From Bellilinea caldifistulae (GTDB lineage Bacteria > Chloroflexota > Anaerolineae > Anaerolineales > Anaerolineaceae): DNA of 32,000 nucleotides. The notes beneath the pieces are model-generated. The model was given only the letters and a program-made list of their open reading frames with translations. It did no database searches and was not told the DNA's origin. This document shows, in pieces, positions 17,159 through 24,983 of the stretch. The first letter of the stretch is position 1. Every line of letters begins with the position of its first letter. A program made the position numbers and the translations under genes. The DNA lies in NCBI RefSeq assembly GCF_001306055.1, contig NZ_LGHJ01000014.1:197724-229723 (forward strand), written 5' to 3'.

Positions 17159-19747
17159 ATGGACGATACGAGGACACGTATGCAGGTCTGGATAACCTCC
17201 TGGTTCTGGCTTCTGGCAGCCTTTGGGACCGGCGTAATGATTTGGACGGCTGCCATACCCGCCGATGAAAAAGGAAGCATACTATTGGGGTTTTCTGCTG
17301 CGAGGCTGATCTTACTGTCAGGTCTTCTGGGGCTGGTAATCTTGTGTCTTTTGGGGGGATGGCTCTCATTTCGTAACCGTCATGTTGTCGAGAAAATTAA
17401 CGATTGGCTGACCGGCTCAAAGTCCCGTCAGTTCATCCAAGCCGTTGCGGGTGTCTTTACCCTGATTGGCTGGTTGGCTGCGTTTATGCCTGCTTACTGG
17501 TTTAGAATTTACCAGTTTTACTTTGTACGCCTTCAACCCTTGCTGGTCTGGCTGGGGTTGGCCGGTTTGACTACGCTGATGATGATCGGTTCACACGGGT
17601 TGAAAAACCGCTGGAGGGATTGGAAAGACGATCTTAAAAATCAAAAGGAACTTCTTCGAGCCGCCGGAATCACTTTTTTGATTTTTGCGCTGATCTGGTT
17701 GATTGCAGCAACCACGGGTTTGGGCATCAATGCCGAACCCTATTTTTGGGATGAAGCCAGTGTGCCGCTGCTGGCAATTCAAATCGTCTTGTGCACAGCC
17801 GCAACGCTGTTTTTAGAACGCCGGGTGTTTTCCTCAGAGAGGCTGAAAGATCGGCGGCTTGTCAAAGGAAGTATTTTCCTTGTATTGTGGTTATTTACCT
17901 TTCTCCTCTGGTACGTCACACCCCTGAAGCACAGCTACTTTGCGCCCGGTCCGCGCCCCCCCAATTATCTATTTTATCCTTACTCCGATTCCGAGTTTTA
18001 CGACCTTGCTGCCCAATACATCTTGATTGGCCAGGGGGTCTTGAACGGCATTCCCATGGATAAGCCGCTGTATGCCTTATTTTTGAGTATTCTTCACGCG
18101 ATTGCGGGGCAGGGCTACGAAGAAACCATCAACCTGCAAATTGCGGTGCTGGCGTTAATGCCCCCAATGCTTTACCTGCTTGGCTCACAAATGGTCAACC
18201 GCCCGACGGGATTGCTGATGGGACTGCTGGCTGCGTTTCATCAGCGCAATGCGATTGCCGCAACCCCTTTCATCAAGGTATCTCATTCAAAATTATATTT
18301 GACCGAATACCCAACCGCCTTGCTTTTGGTAATTTTTGCTCTGTTTGCCTTTCGCTGTTTAAAAAAAGGGGAAAAGAAAATTTCCTGGGCGGATGCTGTT
18401 GTGGCGGGCGGTTTTCTGGGACTGGCCATGCTGATACGTCCCAATGCGTTGATGGTCTTGCCATTTGTCTTGTTGCTGGTGTGGGTTGCCAACCGGCGGC
18501 AGATTAAGCCCTGGCTGCTCAGTTCGGCCATTGTTGTTTTGATGGTCACATTGACGGTTTTACCATTCATGCTGGAAATACCCAAGGGCTTCAATGAACC
18601 GTACCTGATGATTAAAATCCGCGCCATTCTGGAAACCCGCATTCTGACCGATGAGCCACGCGGTTTTATTCCACTGGAAAAGCAGGTGGCAGGGGATCTT
18701 CCTTTTCAGATGGGAGAGAATGAGCAATCTTCATTTGCCTTGCTGGATGGCCTGGAACGCTTTGCTTACGTTCCACGTCACTTTTTTCATAATATGATTA
18801 TGACCATAATGTTGCTGCCGAATACCTTTGCCCTGCATGACTTGCGTCATACGCTCGAAGCGCCCTACTGGAAGGATGTACAACAATGGACGGGGGAGCT
18901 GCCGCCCGGCGGTCTGTTGTTCTTGCCGTTCAACTTGTTGGTTCTGGCAGTGGGTGTGGGAGCAGCCTGGCAGCGTAACAAGGCGGCCGGTTTGGTGCCT
19001 TTAATGATGCTGCCGGGATATTTCCTTGCCAATTCTCTGGCTCGCAATTCCGGCTGGCGTTATCTTGTGCCAATGGATTGGGTGGTGCTGGTTTACTTTG
19101 CGATTGGCTTGCTGGTTTTGCTGGGCTGGGTACTGGAATGGCTGGGAATAGATCTGTTGCGGAAGTGGCAACCGGCATTCAGCGAGGAGTCAATCTCCAA
19201 TTTTCACTCTACAAAGCGGTGGAACAGATTTATGACTCCGCTGGTGGGTGTTATTTTTGTGCTGGTAGGGCTTTCTCTACCCTTGAACAAGGTATTCATT
19301 CCTGACCGATATCCTCCAATCAGCCCGTTGACCTTGTTCGACAATCTCAACGCGGCCGGATTGCGTATAGATAGAGAGGCTTTTCGAGAGTTTATCAACA
19401 GCCCTAATGCTTACCTGAATTATGGTCTGGGGTTGTACCCTCGTTTCTATCCGGCTAACAGCGGTGAGCCGCAGCCCAATTTACCGCTCAAAGGGCGACC
19501 GTATCCCCGGTTTACCCTCACAATCGTGGCATGGGATACATTTTACACCGTCCTGTTGCCAATGGAGGATGCGATGCCCAACTTCCCGCATGGTGAGGAT
19601 GTGATTGTGATGGGATGCAAGGATACCCGTGAGCCGTTTATTGATGCTTACGCAATTGTTGTGTTGAGCGACCCTCCTCAGGTCTATCAACGCGATGCAA
19701 AAACGCGATTAGTCTGTCCCTTCCCGCCGCTTGCCCATCAGCCGTGA
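17159..19747 (+). CDS. GT-C fold membrane glycosyltransferase (ArnT/PMT_2-like) with a large C-terminal extracytoplasmic region
   Basis: 862 aa. YSDSEFYDLAAQYIL followed by DKPLYALFLSILHAIAG matches the loop-1 DE..Y / hPPLy pattern of GT39/GT83 enzymes. Many TM helices precede a roughly 200-aa soluble tail. Confidence 0.6.
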   Translation: MDDTRTRMQVWITSWFWLLAAFGTGVMIWTAAIPADEKGSILLGFSAARLILLSGLLGLVILCLLGGWLSFRNRHVVEKINDWLTGSKSRQFIQAVAGVFTLIGWLAAFMPAYWFRIYQFYFVRLQPLLVWLGLAGLTTLMMIGSHGLKNRWRDWKDDLKNQKELLRAAGITFLIFALIWLIAATTGLGINAEPYFWDEASVPLLAIQIVLCTAATLFLERRVFSSERLKDRRLVKGSIFLVLWLFTFLLWYVTPLKHSYFAPGPRPPNYLFYPYSDSEFYDLAAQYILIGQGVLNGIPMDKPLYALFLSILHAIAGQGYEETINLQIAVLALMPPMLYLLGSQMVNRPTGLLMGLLAAFHQRNAIAATPFIKVSHSKLYLTEYPTALLLVIFALFAFRCLKKGEKKISWADAVVAGGFLGLAMLIRPNALMVLPFVLLLVWVANRRQIKPWLLSSAIVVLMVTLTVLPFMLEIPKGFNEPYLMIKIRAILETRILTDEPRGFIPLEKQVAGDLPFQMGENEQSSFALLDGLERFAYVPRHFFHNMIMTIMLLPNTFALHDLRHTLEAPYWKDVQQWTGELPPGGLLFLPFNLLVLAVGVGAAWQRNKAAGLVPLMMLPGYFLANSLARNSGWRYLVPMDWVVLVYFAIGLLVLLGWVLEWLGIDLLRKWQPAFSEESISNFHSTKRWNRFMTPLVGVIFVLVGLSLPLNKVFIPDRYPPISPLTLFDNLNAAGLRIDREAFREFINSPNAYLNYGLGLYPRFYPANSGEPQPNLPLKGRPYPRFTLTIVAWDTFYTVLLPMEDAMPNFPHGEDVIVMGCKDTREPFIDAYAIVVLSDPPQVYQRDAKTRLVCPFPPLAHQP

Positions 19748-21264
19748 GCTGACAATTCATCGCTGTTGGACTTTGTTCTGAGCACAAAAGCCGTCAGCAG
19801 CCAGCCGAAAATCAACCAGAAATAGGGAAAGGCGAAGGTGTCCACGCTCATTCCCTCCACCAACAGGGCAACAAGGGTTAGCTGGGCTGTCAGGGCGAGT
19901 GTGGCGGTCAGCGGATGTGCATCCCGGCTCAAAAACCGTGCAGTGTTCCAGAGAAGGTATAAAAAACTCACAAACAACGAAAAGCCGATAATACCGGTTT
20001 CGCTCAAGAGGCGAATCCACAGGCTCAGTGTGTTGGGAAGGGCACTGCTATAATACATTTTGTGAGATTCAACCACCGTCCAGCCAAATAGAGGGAGCTT
20101 CTCCGGAAAGAAATAGCCGGCATTTTCCAAGCCTACTCCCAAAAGCGGATACTGACCGAAAATTTGCAAGCCGGTTATCCAAAAGGCTACTCGTTCACCG
20201 AAAAATAGATAATTGGCGGCTTCCAGGGGGGTATAGGGGTTGCGGATCACGCGGAATAAATCGGCCATGCGCGGGTCAAGACGGGTTAAGACGAATACAC
20301 CTCCCAATAAAATGGCAGCGTACCCCCCAAAAATGACCAGCCAGATGCAGGTTTTGAGAAGGGAGGCAGGCAGTCCGGAGAAAAAGCGGCTACCCCGTCC
20401 AGTGAGTTTCTGGTGAATCCAGCCGGCCAGACGGGCGGTGGTCAGTAAAATCAACCAACCAACTGAAAGGCTGAAAGAGAGCAAAGCATTGCGTGCCAGC
20501 GAGAGAACCAGAATCACAACTCCGCCGGCAAGTAAAATGTTTTCGGCGGAAATCCCCCAAAGACGCCAGCGGAATACGCTAAACCGCCTGAATGAAGCCG
20601 CCAGCCAGCAAGGCAGGTAGAATAACACCAGTTGATGCCCCAGCCAGGAAGGTTCAAAAGCCAGGCCGGTCGTCCGGCGGATATACAAATTGCCGCTGGA
20701 TGAGATCAAACTTTGAATCCTTCCCATCCAATCCGGATAATCCCCCGTCATGTACCAGAAGACGGACTGCATTCCTGCCCACAGCAGGGCGATGCTCCCG
20801 CCGATATTGACCCATTTGAAGAAAAACGCCAGTCGGTCTTCAGAGTCGGTTAAGAGCAGGGCTGCAAAGAAAAAGGAAAGGCCGACCCCCAGTGTCAGGA
20901 AGCCAGAAAGCATATTTCGTAGACGGTTGGCTTCCCGGAACAGGGGAAATTCAATAAAAAATGAAAGCGCGCTACTCAACACCGCCAGCAACACAAAGGC
21001 AAGCAGTGGAGTGACTACCCGGGGCAAGCGGCGTAGACGAGCTAGATTAAGCGGAAGGAAAACGATTAAAAGGATAGCGAGTGGCAAGACAGAGGCGGGG
21101 GCAACCATACTCCCACCGGCTGCTTTTGAAAGCAGCGGTAGACTGGTAATCGGCAAGAGCAGGATCAATCCAGCCCAAAGGACTTGATAGAGAAAATGGT
21201 TTAGCCGCTGAAGCAAATCATCCCCTTTTTGATAGACGCTCTGGCAGACGAAAATGAATGACAA
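19738..21264 (-). CDS. O-antigen ligase / Wzy-type polymerase family membrane protein
   Basis: 508 aa, polytopic. NTLSLWIRLLSETGIIGFSLF and SLARNALLSF resemble the conserved Wzy_C motifs. The start is uncertain: TTG at 21264 or TTG at 21216, just after the upstream stop. Confidence 0.65.
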   Translation of the reverse strand: MSFIFVCQSVYQKGDDLLQRLNHFLYQVLWAGLILLLPITSLPLLSKAAGGSMVAPASVLPLAILLIVFLPLNLARLRRLPRVVTPLLAFVLLAVLSSALSFFIEFPLFREANRLRNMLSGFLTLGVGLSFFFAALLLTDSEDRLAFFFKWVNIGGSIALLWAGMQSVFWYMTGDYPDWMGRIQSLISSSGNLYIRRTTGLAFEPSWLGHQLVLFYLPCWLAASFRRFSVFRWRLWGISAENILLAGGVVILVLSLARNALLSFSLSVGWLILLTTARLAGWIHQKLTGRGSRFFSGLPASLLKTCIWLVIFGGYAAILLGGVFVLTRLDPRMADLFRVIRNPYTPLEAANYLFFGERVAFWITGLQIFGQYPLLGVGLENAGYFFPEKLPLFGWTVVESHKMYYSSALPNTLSLWIRLLSETGIIGFSLFVSFLYLLWNTARFLSRDAHPLTATLALTAQLTLVALLVEGMSVDTFAFPYFWLIFGWLLTAFVLRTKSNSDELSAHG

Positions 21265-22027
21265 ACAATGCGGCTACCAGCCCAATCAGCGCGCCAGCCA
21301 GGAGGCCGGTACTGCGCTGAAATTGAACCGGTTCGGGCAGCAATTCTGCCGGTTGAGTGAGGGCAAAACGGATCCCTGGAATTAGACCGCGGGCGTTGGC
21401 CCGGGATTTGAGGATTTCTTTGCCGGTTTTGTTAATTTCGGTCTGGAGTTGTTGCAGGTCTTGAAAGGGGCAGGCATGTATTTCCACCCCGCCGCTGGTT
21501 TGTTGCTGCAAGCAGGTCGTCAATCCGTCCAGATAACGTTCCAGATGATCGGCTTGCAGGGCGTTTTGAGAGGCGCTTTCGAGCGCCCGCAAGGCCAGCT
21601 CGCTCCATCGGTCGGTCAATTCAAGGGCGGCCTGGGGGTTGGGATGCTGAACGCGCAGGATAAAACTTTCGGCTTTGCGTTCGATAAAAAACATGCGTTG
21701 GGGATTGCTGTTGGGGGCGAGCCAGCCTGCTTTCGTGGCTTGCTGTTTTAAGTCGTCCATAATTGCGGCGGTCGCCATAACCCGCCCGGTGGTGTTGATG
21801 AGAATGTCCTGATTGGTATCGCTCAATGTACCAGTACGGCTGAGGTCTACATTCAGGGCAATTTCAGCGCGGGCTTCGTAAAGAGGCGGTTGAATTTGAA
21901 AGAGGATCCAGCCGAGAATTACCCCTGCCGTCATCAGTACCACGATCAGCCACCAGTAGCGCAAGGCGGCGTTCAAGTCATCCAGCAGATTGTAAGGTGA
22001 TGTCATTGGATTGAACAACAGTTTCAC
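21218..22027 (-). CDS. Wzz-like polysaccharide co-polymerase (chain-length determinant), no kinase domain
   Basis: 269 aa with an N-terminal TM (YWWLIVVLMTAGVILGWILF), a predicted helical soluble middle and a C-terminal TM (GLLAGALIGLVAALFVIHF). This is the PCP-1 topology. GTG start. Confidence 0.55.
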   Translation of the reverse strand: MKLLFNPMTSPYNLLDDLNAALRYWWLIVVLMTAGVILGWILFQIQPPLYEARAEIALNVDLSRTGTLSDTNQDILINTTGRVMATAAIMDDLKQQATKAGWLAPNSNPQRMFFIERKAESFILRVQHPNPQAALELTDRWSELALRALESASQNALQADHLERYLDGLTTCLQQQTSGGVEIHACPFQDLQQLQTEINKTGKEILKSRANARGLIPGIRFALTQPAELLPEPVQFQRSTGLLAGALIGLVAALFVIHFRLPERLSKRG

Positions 22028-22127
22028 AAAGGATGGCTCAATTCTACCCGATTTTTGGCGATGTGTTTCACCTTCTGATTTATAATCTCAACGGTTCAAT
22101 TTAATCACAAAGGAGGAAAAGAGGGAG

Positions 22128-23084
22128 ATGGAATATCGAAAATTGGGTCGGACGGGTTTGAAAGTATCGGCATTGTGTATGGGCAGCATGCAATTCGGCT
22201 GGACAGCCACAGAGGAAGAATCCTATCAAATTCTCACTCGTTCGTTCGAAGCCGGGATCAATTTCATTGATACGGCTGATGTTTATTCGCGCTGGGTTAC
22301 GGGCAATCCCGGCGGGGTAGCTGAGACCATCATCGGCAACTGGATGAAGCGCAATGGCATTCCCCGCCATGAAGTGATTATTGCCACCAAGGTGCGGGCA
22401 AAGGTGGGAGAGGCTCCCAATGATGAGGGGTTGTCGCGTGCGCATATTTTCCACGCGGTTGAACAATCTCTGCGCCGGCTGCAGACCGATTACATTGATT
22501 TGTACCAGACGCACTGGTACGATGACCAGACGCCGATTGAAGAAACTTTGACGGCCTTAGATGATCTGGTACGGCAGGGCAAGGTGCGTTATATCGGCTG
22601 TTCTAATTACCCGGCCTGGCGTTTGATGCAGGCTTTGTGGACATCGGATAAATTGGGGTTGGCCCGTTTCGATTCGCTCCAGCCGCATTACAATCTGGTA
22701 CATCGGGCTGAATATGAACGTGAACTGGCGGATGTTTGCCGTACCTACGGTCTGGGGGTGATTCCCTACAGTCCGCTGGCAGGCGGCTTTCTGAGTGGTA
22801 AGTACCGGCGTGGACAAACCGAAACCGGCAGCCAGCGGAATGTCAGCCGATACTTCACCGAATACGGCTGGAAAGTGCTGGATGCTGTGGATGAGATCGC
22901 TCGCCAGCGCGGTGTTTCAATCTCGCAAATTGCGCTGGCATGGATGTTGACTCTGCCGGACATAACCAGTCCAATCATTGGGCCACGGTCGCTCGAACAA
23001 TTCGAGGATAATCTTGGTGCAGCGGATTTACGTCTGAGCCAAGATGAAATGGAGAAATTGAACGAAGCCAGCCGCTGGCAGTAG
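22128..23084 (+). CDS. aldo/keto reductase
   Basis: [31 protein letters not shown] and YIGCSNY motifs. Strong AGGAGG Shine-Dalgarno sequence. Confidence 0.9.
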   Translation: MEYRKLGRTGLKVSALCMGSMQFGWTATEEESYQILTRSFEAGINFIDTADVYSRWVTGNPGGVAETIIGNWMKRNGIPRHEVIIATKVRAKVGEAPNDEGLSRAHIFHAVEQSLRRLQTDYIDLYQTHWYDDQTPIEETLTALDDLVRQGKVRYIGCSNYPAWRLMQALWTSDKLGLARFDSLQPHYNLVHRAEYERELADVCRTYGLGVIPYSPLAGGFLSGKYRRGQTETGSQRNVSRYFTEYGWKVLDAVDEIARQRGVSISQIALAWMLTLPDITSPIIGPRSLEQFEDNLGAADLRLSQDEMEKLNEASRWQ

Positions 23085-23087
23085 TGC

Positions 23088-24884
23088 CTAAAAAACAACC
23101 GGTTTTCCTAAACGGGCGCGTTCCTCTTCGATGATGGACGCGTCCAGCTTTTTAAACAGGGGTTCCGGTTTTTGAATGGGCGCTCCGGCTTTGATCTGAC
23201 TGGGTTGCCATTGACCGCTGGCTGAATCCGGATCATAGCGAACCACGGTATGGCTACCGAGCGCATCCTCGACTTCCTGAAGGTAACCCTGCCCAAAGAG
23301 GGGCTGTTGATACCCCAGAAAACGGTGCAACCGTTCGGCGGTATGTGGCAGCACGGGGGCCAGCAAGATTTTCAGGTTATCTATGGCGCGAATGGCGGTA
23401 TAAATTGCGCGGGCGGCGGCTTGTCGGTCGGTTTTGATACTCGTCCATGGCGCTGTTTGATCCAGATAGCGGTTGACTTCACTGGCAAGGCGCATGGCTT
23501 CTCCCAGTGCGGCGCGCAAGTGAACAGCCTCATATTCCTTGCCAACCGTTTCAAAGCCTTTTTCAATGATAGCCAGCAATTCCTGGTCGGCTGCGGTCAA
23601 TTCACCCGGGTCGGGGATGACCCCTTCCCAGTGTTTATAGGCAAAAGAAAGCACTCGATTGGCTAAATTGCCCCAGGTGGCAACCAGTTCGTCATTGTTG
23701 CGTTTGTAAAAATCTTCCCAATCCCAATCGGTATCTCGCGTTTCGGGCATATTTACGGTCAGGTAATAGCGCAAAGGGTCGGGGTCGTAGCGGGTCAAAA
23801 AATCACGCGCATAAACCGCCCAGTTGCGGCTGCCAGAGATTTTCTGCCCTTCCAGATTCATAAATTGATTGGCAGGCACATCGTAGGGCAGAGTAAGCCG
23901 TTGACCGGTTTCACCGGCGAAGATTTCCAAAAATTGTTCGCCGGTGCCCATTAACTGAGCCGGCCACCAGGCAGCATGGAAGAAGATATTATCTTTTCCG
24001 ATGAAGTAAAACGATTTAGCCTCAGGATTCGTCCACCAGTTTTTCCAGGCCTGCGGGTCACCGCTGAGTTTTGCCCATTCAATGGCTGCTGAAAGGTAAC
24101 CGATGACGGCTTCGAACCAGACGTACAGGCATTTGCCTTCCCAGCCGGGGATGGGAACAGGAATGCCCCAATCCAGATCGCGGGTAATGGCGCGCGGTTT
24201 GAGACCTTCACTTTCGATTTGCCCAAGGGATTGTCCGATGACCGTTTCCCGCCAATAGTGTTTACGTTCGCGCAAGAAACGGGCAACTTCCGGTTCAAGT
24301 TTGGAGAGATCGAGGAAAAAGTGTTCGGTTTCGCGCAATTCGGGGGTTGAACCATCCACTTTGGAGCGCGGATTGATTAACTTTTCGGGTTCAAGGACAC
24401 TGCCGCAGCGGTCGCATTGATCCGAGCGGGCGCCTTCGTAACCGCAAACGTAGCAAGTACCTTCGACATAACGATCGGGCAGAAAACGTTTGCTGACAGG
24501 CGAATACCACTGCGGGCGCGATTCGGTGTACAGGTAACCGTTCTTTTGCAGGGCCAGGAAGATGCTCTGAGCCACCTTGAAGTGATTTTCGGTGTGGGTG
24601 GTGGTGAACAAATCGTAATGAATGCCCAATTGGAGAAACAGATCGAGGAAGCCGTTGTGAAAACGCTTATAAACTTCCTCAATGGGTTTGCCCTCCGCGT
24701 CGGCGCGCAGGGTAACCGGAGTGCCATGCGAATCGGTGCCGGAGACCATCAAAACCCGATTGCCTTTCAAGCGATGGTAGCGGGCGACAATATCCCCCGG
24801 CAAGTGGGAGCCGGTTACGTTACCCACGTGAATTTCGGCATTGGCATATGGCCAGGCAATGGCAATCAGGATGTGTTCGGTCAT
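23088..24884 (-). CDS. metG: methionine--tRNA ligase (no C-terminal tRNA-binding appendix)
   Basis: HIGH-type motif PYANAEIHVGN, zinc knuckle CYVCGYEGARSDQCDRCG, and a KMSKS-like QKISGSR. The second ATG (24884) is preferred because GAGGTG lies 4 nt upstream. The ORF itself extends to 24896. Confidence 0.9.
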   Translation of the reverse strand: MTEHILIAIAWPYANAEIHVGNVTGSHLPGDIVARYHRLKGNRVLMVSGTDSHGTPVTLRADAEGKPIEEVYKRFHNGFLDLFLQLGIHYDLFTTTHTENHFKVAQSIFLALQKNGYLYTESRPQWYSPVSKRFLPDRYVEGTCYVCGYEGARSDQCDRCGSVLEPEKLINPRSKVDGSTPELRETEHFFLDLSKLEPEVARFLRERKHYWRETVIGQSLGQIESEGLKPRAITRDLDWGIPVPIPGWEGKCLYVWFEAVIGYLSAAIEWAKLSGDPQAWKNWWTNPEAKSFYFIGKDNIFFHAAWWPAQLMGTGEQFLEIFAGETGQRLTLPYDVPANQFMNLEGQKISGSRNWAVYARDFLTRYDPDPLRYYLTVNMPETRDTDWDWEDFYKRNNDELVATWGNLANRVLSFAYKHWEGVIPDPGELTAADQELLAIIEKGFETVGKEYEAVHLRAALGEAMRLASEVNRYLDQTAPWTSIKTDRQAAARAIYTAIRAIDNLKILLAPVLPHTAERLHRFLGYQQPLFGQGYLQEVEDALGSHTVVRYDPDSASGQWQPSQIKAGAPIQKPEPLFKKLDASIIEEERARLGKPVVF

Positions 24885-24917
24885 GCTACACCTCATCAGG
24901 ATGAAAATCAGATTAAG

Positions 24918-24926
24918 ATTTTATCA
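24918..24926 (-). promoter_or_regulatory. extended -10 element TGATAAAAT upstream of metG
   Basis: The minus strand reads TGATAAAATC about 30 nt upstream of the metG ATG and immediately after the upstream terminator hairpin. The identical 10-mer recurs at 30678..30687. Confidence 0.35.
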
Positions 24927-24928
24927 CG

Positions 24929-24958
24929 AAACGGGGCTATCCGCAGATAGCCCCGTTT
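24929..24958 (-). terminator. 13-bp stem hairpin after the DhaM-HPr-EI gene (intrinsic terminator candidate)
   Basis: AAACGGGGCTATC (24929..24941) pairs with GATAGCCCCGTTT (24946..24958) around a 4-nt loop. The U-tract is clean on the plus-strand side only (GAGTTTTTG). Confidence 0.5.
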
Positions 24959-24983
24959 GAGTTTTTGACAAATAAATAGAGAA

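Noticed and set aside
24897-24983. T-box or other riboswitch leader upstream of metG
   Set aside because: Only 87-99 nt are available, and they are fully accounted for by the upstream gene's terminator hairpin and a -10 element. There is no specifier-loop or T-box sequence.
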